NCBI GenBank assembly: GCA_050747885.1
Contig: JBOGJO010000034.1
Span: forward strand, 69 to 64,068
DNA: 64,000 bases
Source of the DNA: Thermoanaerobaculia bacterium
GTDB taxonomy: Bacteria; Acidobacteriota; Thermoanaerobaculia; UBA5066; DATFVB01
Direction: 5' to 3'
The notes beneath the pieces were generated by a model. It searched no databases and had not been told where the DNA came from. It saw only the letters and a program-made list of their open reading frames with translations. Made by a program: the position numbers and the translations under genes. Within the stretch, counting starts at the first letter, position 1; each line of letters opens with the position of its first letter. Of the stretch, positions 57,836 through 64,000 are shown in pieces.

Positions 57836-59158
57836 TCAGAAAGCGAAGTCGATGCCGAAAAAGACGGTATTGGCTCGAATGTCCGATCCGTCGGACGCGA
57901 TCTTCTTCATCCGATTCGTCTGGTATTCGGCGTGGAGAGCGTATTCGGCCCGGTTGTTGTAATTGAACGTGTACTTGATTCCCCCGGTCAACTGATCCTG
58001 ATCGTTGACGTCCTTCGCGGTGCCCGGGATCGGCTGATTGGAGTTGCGGATGAGATCGTACCGGCCGAAAAGCCCCCAGTGGAGCAGGTCGGCGGAAGGC
58101 ACCCAGACCGCTTCGAGGAAACCTCCATTCCACGATCCCGCGCGAGTCGCCTCGCCGCCGTAGAGGTCGCGCGCGTCGCTGCCGTGGGCGTAAACGAGGG
58201 AGAAGTGGAGCGGGGTCGCGGCCGGGCCCAACCAGATCTGGGCCTCCGCGCCGTATCGGGACGTCGTCTTGAGATTTCCACCTTCGCCCGGGATCGGATC
58301 GCCTCCCGAGGTGAAGGCGGTCGTGGGGTAGTTGGCCCACGCGCCGAAGGCTCCGACTTCGAACTCCGAGACGGCCGTCGAGTCCGTCTGCCAGTATTTC
58401 TGGACGTGGCCGTAGAACGACGCCGAATCGAACGCGTTTCGCGTGCCGCTGGAGTCGTTCGCATTGAAAATATCGAAGTTGTAGCGCGTCATCGAGCCGC
58501 GATCATGGCCCGTGAATTCGATGCCGCGCTGGTTGGAGCCCATGTCGAAGGCCGCCGCGGCGTTCGAGTCGGCGGCCGGATGGTACCCGTAGATGAGGTA
58601 GCCGTTGGTGAGGTTGATCGACCGGTGCGCCGAGGCCGGAAGGTCCACTTCATGCTTCCCGACCCGAACGTTGAACCAGTCGGATTTGAAAAGAAACCTC
58701 GTGAGGTAAACCCAGTACGACTCGAGGGTCACCGAACCGTCCGAGGCGAATCCGGTCGGAACGACGAGGAACGAGACGTTGTTCGTGAGGGTTCCCGCCG
58801 TCAGCAGATCCATGGCGCCGTCGGCCACCCCTCCGGTCTTGAAGTTTTTCTTCCCCTGGTCGGTGTCCTGATTCGAGACGGTGTCGTACTCGTAGTGGGG
58901 AGTGATTCGGATGGCGACCGGCCAGTAGCCCGGCGGGGTCGTCGTGGGATCGTCCTTTCCGAGCCGGAGCTGGTAGCCGTTGTCGCGATACGCCCGGCCG
59001 AAATCGTTCAGGACGGGCCACGACTCATGGCAGCTCGTGCAGCGAAGGCCCGTCTTGCGTGCGAACGCCGGGATCGCGGCCGCTGGCCGCGCGCAGGAGA
59101 AGACCAGAGCGATGCCCAGCACCGCCGCTGGCAGGGCGCGAACCGGAAAACGTAACAT
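57836..59158 (-). CDS. Cyc2-like outer-membrane fused monoheme cytochrome c-porin
   Basis: ATG at 59158 after GAGGAGGUG. Signal peptide MLRFPVRALPAAVLGIALVFSCARPAAA. A single CxxCH near the N-terminus (KTGLRCTSCHESWPVLNDFG). About 400-aa amphipathic beta-rich region ending …FGIDFAF (C-terminal Phe). Confidence 0.65.
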   Translation of the reverse strand: MLRFPVRALPAAVLGIALVFSCARPAAAIPAFARKTGLRCTSCHESWPVLNDFGRAYRDNGYQLRLGKDDPTTTPPGYWPVAIRITPHYEYDTVSNQDTDQGKKNFKTGGVADGAMDLLTAGTLTNNVSFLVVPTGFASDGSVTLESYWVYLTRFLFKSDWFNVRVGKHEVDLPASAHRSINLTNGYLIYGYHPAADSNAAAAFDMGSNQRGIEFTGHDRGSMTRYNFDIFNANDSSGTRNAFDSASFYGHVQKYWQTDSTAVSEFEVGAFGAWANYPTTAFTSGGDPIPGEGGNLKTTSRYGAEAQIWLGPAATPLHFSLVYAHGSDARDLYGGEATRAGSWNGGFLEAVWVPSADLLHWGLFGRYDLIRNSNQPIPGTAKDVNDQDQLTGGIKYTFNYNNRAEYALHAEYQTNRMKKIASDGSDIRANTVFFGIDFAF

Positions 59159-59182
59159 CGGGCACCTCCTCAAAAACGCGTG

Positions 59183-59938
59183 TTATTTCGCGGTCAGGTG
59201 AAAGTCCAGCGTCGCGGTTTTCCCCGCGACGACCGTCACCGGCGTCGTTTTTTCTCCAGCGGCCTCGTGCCAGGCGACCAGCGCGTAGGTTCCGGGCGGC
59301 ACGTCGTCGATCTCGAATTTTCCCTCGGCGTCGGTCGTCGCGAAATACGGGTGATCGAATTCCAGGATCCACGAGCGCATCCACTCGTGGACGTCGCACT
59401 TGACCCGCAGGATGGTGGCCTGGGGCGGGAGGGGCTTGACGACCGAGAACCCTTTGAAGGGAAGCGCCACGTTGTAGAGCGTCGCGTTCGTGGCGGCGAT
59501 CTGCGGGTGAGTGTTGTGGAGGATGGGATCGTCCGAGACGACCTTGAGCTGCTGGCCCACGCAGGCGCCCTGGACGCGCGGGCGAAACATGCAGTGCTCG
59601 TTGGTCAACGTGATCGGACTCGTGGGTTTCGCCTTCCCCTTCGAAATGTCCTTGATGTAGACCTCGACGTTGGCGAGACCTCCCGACTTTCCGACGTCGT
59701 AGAGGGGGTTGACGATCGTCTTCCCGCAGTAATCCTGGTTTTTCGTCGTCTTGATGGGGGCGATGGCCGGAGCGGGTCCGCTCAATTTCACGACGCCGCT
59801 GATCTTTCCACCGTTGGCCACCGTTTCGACCTGGTACGGGGCCGCGAGGGCCATGGGGACTGCTGCCAGAATGACAACAATTCCAGCGAGGCACGATTTC
59901 AGGACGCGCGAAACCGAGGATTTGCGGGCGGTTTTCAT
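59183..59938 (-). CDS. Secreted cupredoxin-like (type-1 copper) protein
   Basis: Signal or anchor sequence. Ligand pattern …HNTH… then C-D-V-H-E-W-M (C-x2-H-x2-M). AGGAGA Shine-Dalgarno sequence. First gene after the promoter. Confidence 0.6.
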   Translation of the reverse strand: MKTARKSSVSRVLKSCLAGIVVILAAVPMALAAPYQVETVANGGKISGVVKLSGPAPAIAPIKTTKNQDYCGKTIVNPLYDVGKSGGLANVEVYIKDISKGKAKPTSPITLTNEHCMFRPRVQGACVGQQLKVVSDDPILHNTHPQIAATNATLYNVALPFKGFSVVKPLPPQATILRVKCDVHEWMRSWILEFDHPYFATTDAEGKFEIDDVPPGTYALVAWHEAAGEKTTPVTVVAGKTATLDFHLTAK

Positions 59939-59962
59939 TAAAATCTCCTAAAGAATAAATTA

Positions 59963-59991
59963 AAAATACGGCTCCCCGGAAAGAGTGTCAA
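59963..59991 (-). promoter_or_regulatory. Sigma70-like promoter for the cupredoxin-cyc2-cbb3 operon
   Basis: On the minus strand: TTGACA, a 17-nt spacer, then TATTTT, about 30 nt upstream of the cupredoxin ATG in an AT-rich stretch. Confidence 0.4.
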
Positions 59992-60018
59992 GCGAAAAAA
60001 TGAGTTCGCGGCCGGAAT

Positions 60019-60252
60019 CTACACAGGCCGGGGAGGCTCGGGGAGACGCCCGGTCGTGAGCGCGAGGTGCCCCAGGAGCTCGAACGCGAGAACCGCGCCC
60101 GTCAGCAGGTCCACCCCGCGGGCGAGCGAGGGCGGCAAGCTCTGCCAGAGCCCCAGCGAGTCGAGAAGCAGGTATGCCGCCGCGAAAAGGAAGATCCAGA
60201 CGAAGCCGAGGAGCATGCCGCGACCGAGCCAGTTCACTTTTGTCATAGTCAT
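60019..60252 (-). CDS. Small hypothetical membrane protein (2 TM)
   Basis: MTMTKVNWLGRGMLLGFVWIFLFAAAYLLL…. No homology recognised. Confidence 0.35.
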   Translation of the reverse strand: MTMTKVNWLGRGMLLGFVWIFLFAAAYLLLDSLGLWQSLPPSLARGVDLLTGAVLAFELLGHLALTTGRLPEPPRPV

Positions 60253-60311
60253 CGAAGTATGAAGCCGAAAGTTCGGCGCGTCAATCGCCCGCGCCGCCGT
60301 ATACTCGCGGG

Positions 60312-60803
60312 ATGCCCGGTCTCGCAAGGCTGACGATCGAAACGGTTTTCACCGCATATGTCGTTCCGGCACTGCTGACGCCAGTTGTCTGGCTGGGAAC
60401 GATCGCTTCTCGCAAGCTGCATCCGGTCGGGGCGTCGCCGGAAGCGCGGATCGCCAGGATCGAGCGCGCCTATGTTGCCCTCGGAGCGCTCTTGCTCGCG
60501 CTCGGGCTCGCGGCATGGGCGGGCGTTCCGGTCGAGCGGGGGGGGCGGGCAATGACTTACGCCGCGTGGGCGATGTACGTGGCGCTCAACCTGCTGTTCG
60601 CCGGGCTGGTCGGCGCGATGGCGACGGGCTATCCGAAACTTCCCGAAGGGCGCCGCCGAGATCGGCTTTTCGTTCGCTTTCTCGTGGAGACGGCTTTTCA
60701 GCCGATCGTGACCGCGGGGACCTTCCTGCTTCTCTACCGCCTGCTTCGCGTCGTCTTCCACCGTACGATCCCGGTCCTGGGCGCCGTGCAGGAGGGGATC
60801 TGA
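60312..60803 (+). CDS. Hypothetical membrane protein
   Basis: 163 aa with 4 hydrophobic helices. Divergent from the small minus-strand gene. Confidence 0.45.
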   Translation: MPGLARLTIETVFTAYVVPALLTPVVWLGTIASRKLHPVGASPEARIARIERAYVALGALLLALGLAAWAGVPVERGGRAMTYAAWAMYVALNLLFAGLVGAMATGYPKLPEGRRRDRLFVRFLVETAFQPIVTAGTFLLLYRLLRVVFHRTIPVLGAVQEGI

Positions 60804-60806
60804 CGG

Positions 60807-62852
60807 TCAGAGCCTGATCGAGCGAAGTCGCGAGGAGTTTGCGACCACCAGGAGGCTGGAGGCGACCATCGCCGCCGCGGCCACGATGGGGGCGAGTCGT
60901 CCGGCGGCTGCGAGACCCAGACCCGCGACGTTGTAGAAGAACGCCCAGAAAAGGTTCTGTCGGATCGTCCGCAGCGTGCGCCGCGCCAGTCGCAGGAGGC
61001 GCGGAATGGTCCGGAGATCGTTTCCGAGGACCGTGACCGAGGCATGTTCCCGGGCGAGATCCGCGGCGTTCCCGAAAGCCACGCCCACGTCCGCGGCGTC
61101 GAGCGCAGCGGCGTCGTTCACGCCGTCGCCGACCATCGCCACGACTCCCCCGGTGGCGGCGCGGCGCAATCCAATGGAGGCGACTTTGCCGGCCGGCGAA
61201 AGCTCCGCCTCCGCGCCGGCAATCCCGAGATCGCGGGAAATCGTCGCGACGACGGCCTTCCGGTCCCCGGACAGCATTGCAACCTCGATTCCGTCTGACG
61301 CCAGGCTCGACAGGGCCTCCCGCGCTTCGGGCCGGATCGTGTCTTCGAGAACGGCGCTTCCCGCAAAACGGCCGTCGAGCGCGCAGAGCAACTCGATCCC
61401 GTCGGGAGGCTCCGGGACGGGAATCGCGATTCCCCGATCGCGCAGAAGGCGCCGGGATCCCACCAGGACAAGGGTTCCGTCCACGCGGCCTTCGGCCCCG
61501 CCGCCCGCGATCGACCGGATCTCCTGCGCCCGGGGAACCTCGAGACGCCGCCGGGCGGCCTCGATCTCGACGGCGGAGGCGAGGGGATGAACGATTCCGG
61601 CTTCGATCGCCGCGGCCGCGCCGAGCGCCGCATCCTCCAGAGTGGATCGGGCAATCGCCGGGCGCCCCGCGGTCAGCGTGCCGGTCTTGTCGAAAATCAC
61701 CGTCCGAACTCTCGCCAGGGCCTCGAGAGCCTGGCCGCTGCGGACGATCACGCCCTGCGCGGCCGCCTGGGACAGGGCGATCGTCGTCGCCAGCGGCGTC
61801 GCGAGCCCGAGCGCGCAGGGGCAGGCGACGACGAGCACCGAGAGCGCCGCCAGGAAACCCGATCGCCAGTCGCGCCCCAGAATCCCCCAGCCGAGAAGAC
61901 TCGCGGCGGACAACGCGAAGACGAGAGGGACAAACGCCGAAGCGACCCGGTCGGCGAGGATGGCGATCGGGGCCCGCCGGGCCCGAGCCTCGAGAGCCAG
62001 CCGGTGAACCCGGCTGGCCAGAGTTTCGGTCACGCCGGAGGATCGAATCTCGAGCGCCCCGTCGAGCGCCGTCGAGCCCGAGAACACCCTGTCGCCGGCG
62101 CCCACGCGTCTCGGGACCGACTCGCCGCTGAGCGCGGACTCTTCGACGTCGGAGGAGCCGTCGCGCACGACGCCGTCGACGGGGATCTTCTCGCCCGCTC
62201 GAACCAGGACGATGTCGCCCGCGGACAGAGCGCCGACGGGAACCTCGACGGAATCGAATCCCTTCCGGACGCGCGCCGCGCCAACGGTGCCGTCGACGAC
62301 GTCGCGCAGCGCCGCCGTGGCGCGCTCCCGCGCCCGGGCGTCGAGGTAACCGCCGAGCGTGACAAGCACGAGAATCATCGTGGCCGAGTCGTAGTACGTG
62401 CCGAATCTTCCCGAAATCGTCGAGATCGCGGAGGCCCCGATCGCGGCGAGGCTGCCGCCGGAAATCAGGAGGTTCACGCCGATGGTTCCGCGGCGCGCCG
62501 CGGCGAGCGCGGAGGCGAGCATCGGCGCTCCGAGGAGGAGATAAACCGCCGTGGACAGGCCGAGCATGATCCAGGACGTCGTGTGGAGGATCGGGAGGCC
62601 AAGAGCTCGGTAGGAGCCCACATAGAGGAGAGACTGGAACAGCATGACGTTTCCCGCGAGAATCGCCGACAGGGCGAGCTTCGCGAGATACCAGCCGCTC
62701 TCGCCGCCGGCCTCCCCGACGAGGTGGAAGACCGTTCGGCAGCCGGCGCAGCAAAACGCGCGCCCTTCGTCCCGAACCGCGCGGGACGGCAGGGGAAGCT
62801 CGCAATGCGCACAGAGGTCCGTCGCCAGCGGCGGGTTTTGCGTGTAGGGCAT
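60807..62852 (-). CDS. ccoI: Copper-translocating P1B-type ATPase (CcoI/FixI-like)
   Basis: ATG at 62852 (MPYTQNPPLATDLCAHCELP…FCCAGC, a FixI-type N-terminal metal site). CPC, DKTGTLT, GDGVNDAPAL. The track ORF extends further 5' as an antisense artefact. Confidence 0.85.
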   Translation of the reverse strand: MPYTQNPPLATDLCAHCELPLPSRAVRDEGRAFCCAGCRTVFHLVGEAGGESGWYLAKLALSAILAGNVMLFQSLLYVGSYRALGLPILHTTSWIMLGLSTAVYLLLGAPMLASALAAARRGTIGVNLLISGGSLAAIGASAISTISGRFGTYYDSATMILVLVTLGGYLDARARERATAALRDVVDGTVGAARVRKGFDSVEVPVGALSAGDIVLVRAGEKIPVDGVVRDGSSDVEESALSGESVPRRVGAGDRVFSGSTALDGALEIRSSGVTETLASRVHRLALEARARRAPIAILADRVASAFVPLVFALSAASLLGWGILGRDWRSGFLAALSVLVVACPCALGLATPLATTIALSQAAAQGVIVRSGQALEALARVRTVIFDKTGTLTAGRPAIARSTLEDAALGAAAAIEAGIVHPLASAVEIEAARRRLEVPRAQEIRSIAGGGAEGRVDGTLVLVGSRRLLRDRGIAIPVPEPPDGIELLCALDGRFAGSAVLEDTIRPEAREALSSLASDGIEVAMLSGDRKAVVATISRDLGIAGAEAELSPAGKVASIGLRRAATGGVVAMVGDGVNDAAALDAADVGVAFGNAADLAREHASVTVLGNDLRTIPRLLRLARRTLRTIRQNLFWAFFYNVAGLGLAAAGRLAPIVAAAAMVASSLLVVANSSRLRSIRL

Positions 62853-62924
62853 CCCGATCGCGATGATACTTCGCCGAGCCTGGAGGCCCGGCCGCCGGGC
62901 CGTGGAGAAGATAGAATCTCTCCC

Positions 62925-63947
62925 GTGATCGTTCCCGACGCGCTCGGTCGCCCTCTCCGAAACCTGCGCGTTTCGGTCACCGACCGCTGCAACCTGCGCT
63001 GCCAGTACTGCATGCCGGAGCGCGAGTACGCATGGCTCCCGCGAAAGGACATCCTCGATTTCGAAGAGGTGGCCAGCCTCGTCGATGCGTTCACGGATCT
63101 CGGGGTCGAGAATGTGCGTTTGACCGGAGGAGAACCGCTCGTGAGGCGCGATCTCGCGGCGCTCGTTCGGCTGCTTTCCGGAAGGCCCGCGATCCGGGAC
63201 CTCGCGATGACGACCAACGGCGTGCTGCTCTCCGAGAGCGCCGCGGCGCTGCGCGCCGCGGGCCTGAGGCGCCTCACGGTGAGTCTCGACACGCTCCGCC
63301 CGGAGCGGTTCCGCGAGATCACGCGCTTCGACGACCATGCCCGGGTGCTCGCCGGGATCGACGCCGCCTGCCGAGCCGGGTTCGAATCGGTCAAGATCGA
63401 CGCGGTCGTGATCCGCGGCGTCAACGACGATGAGCTCGCGGCGCTGCTCGAATACGGCAAGACGTCGGGCGCGGAAGTTCGCTTCATCGAATACATGGAC
63501 GTGGGCGGAGCGACGCGCTGGTCGCGGGAGAACGTCGTCTCGAGGGCGGAGATGCTCGGCACGCTGGCGCGCCGCTTCGGGCCGATCGAGCCTCTCTCCG
63601 AAAGGTCCTCGGCGCCGGCCGAGCGCTTTCGCCTTGCCGACGGAACGGTTTTCGGGATCATCGCGTCCACGACGGCGCCGTTTTGCCGCTCCTGCGACCG
63701 CAGTCGCCTGACCGCGGACGGTGTCTGGTACCTGTGTCTCTATGCTTCCCGCGGGGCCGATTTGCGGGGGCCGCTGAGGGCCGGGGCGTCGCGCGAGGAG
63801 CTCAAGGCCCTGATCGAATCGACGTGGCGCGTTCGGGCGGATCGGGGCGCCGAGGAGCGGCTCGGCGTGCGGAACCGCTCCCCGCTCGTTCGGATCGGCT
63901 CGCTCCGGCAGGATCCGCACCTCGAGATGCACACGAGGGGAGGCTGA
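62925..63947 (+). CDS. moaA: GTP 3',8-cyclase (radical SAM)
   Basis: …LRVSVTDRCNLRCQYCMP…, with a C-terminal CxxC…C cluster (…TAPFCRSCDRSRL…). GTG start at 62925. Confidence 0.9.
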   Translation: MIVPDALGRPLRNLRVSVTDRCNLRCQYCMPEREYAWLPRKDILDFEEVASLVDAFTDLGVENVRLTGGEPLVRRDLAALVRLLSGRPAIRDLAMTTNGVLLSESAAALRAAGLRRLTVSLDTLRPERFREITRFDDHARVLAGIDAACRAGFESVKIDAVVIRGVNDDELAALLEYGKTSGAEVRFIEYMDVGGATRWSRENVVSRAEMLGTLARRFGPIEPLSERSSAPAERFRLADGTVFGIIASTTAPFCRSCDRSRLTADGVWYLCLYASRGADLRGPLRAGASREELKALIESTWRVRADRGAEERLGVRNRSPLVRIGSLRQDPHLEMHTRGG

Positions 63948-63948
63948 G

Positions 63949-64000
63949 ATGTCGAATCCCGAATCGGCGAGTCCCGAGTCCGCGAGTCCCGAGTCCCGAG
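63949..64000 (+). CDS. Partial CDS (start only), Ser/Pro/Glu-repeat N-terminus
   Basis: ATG lies 1 nt after the moaA stop (MSNPESASPESASPES…). Runs off the window. Confidence 0.3.
   Translation, partial: MSNPESASPESASPESR

Noticed and set aside
62853-63932. 5' extension of the P-type ATPase ORF (track ORF 60807..63932)
   Set aside because: This part is antisense to moaA and has no ATPase homology. The FixI-type N-terminus begins at the ATG at 62852.
1-64000. CRISPR arrays
   Set aside because: No regularly spaced short direct repeats were seen anywhere in the window.

Overview
This is a high-GC (~65-70% by eye) bacterial chromosomal segment. The gene content (CarboxypepD_reg-type TonB-dependent receptor, FISUMP domain, Ser/Thr kinase with TPR repeats, BNR/sortilin protein) is compatible with an Acidobacteriota-like organism; that placement is inference only. 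Most of the window is tightly packed housekeeping and accessory genes: amidohydrolase, aldo/keto reductase, a LytS/LytTR two-component pair, tsaD, panBCD-thiG, ubiX/ubiA, trpS, dinB, cutA, a reverse-transsulfuration pair, selB and moaA.

Four regions stand out:
1. A tRNA-Arg(TCG) gene at 39824-39900 is followed by an ~8.7 kb block that ends in a 45-bp direct repeat of the tRNA 3' half (48534-48578). The block carries genes with visibly atypical codon usage: a VapC remnant, a tandem zinc-finger protein, two SPFH/HflKC-like genes, a COG0701 permease-SPFH fusion, a TonB-dependent receptor and a His/Cys-rich periplasmic protein. No integrase is present. The block also contains a pair of 88-bp direct repeats (40156-40243 and 48439-48526) that encode an identical 26-aa peptide and differ only at two synonymous sites.
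2. A compact minus-strand respiratory operon at 52857-59991. It begins with a sigma70-like promoter and encodes a type-1 copper (cupredoxin) protein, a Cyc2-like fused monoheme cytochrome-porin, a diheme cytochrome c, a CcoQ-like peptide, CcoN, a CcoO-diheme cytochrome c fusion carrying tandem EF-hand-like loops, CcoS and a DsbD_2 protein. The CcoI copper ATPase lies nearby. This is the architecture expected for an extracellular iron-oxidation or electron-uptake module.
3. selB is interrupted by a single in-frame TAG.
4. A perfect 17-bp tandem duplication covers the panD ribosome-binding site and start codon.

Smaller oddities: a frameshifted DUF5916/CBM9-like gene; an alpha/beta-hydrolase remnant antisense to the aminotransferase start; a periplasmic DJ-1/PfpI protein fused to an HMBD heavy-metal-binding motif; a VOC protein with an H1-like Lys/Ala tail; and structured inverted repeats at 38695-38781.

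The many long antisense ORFs in the supplied track are treated as GC-driven artefacts. Start codons are assigned by eye; the track appears to accept GTG and TTG starts, and several genes appear to use them.
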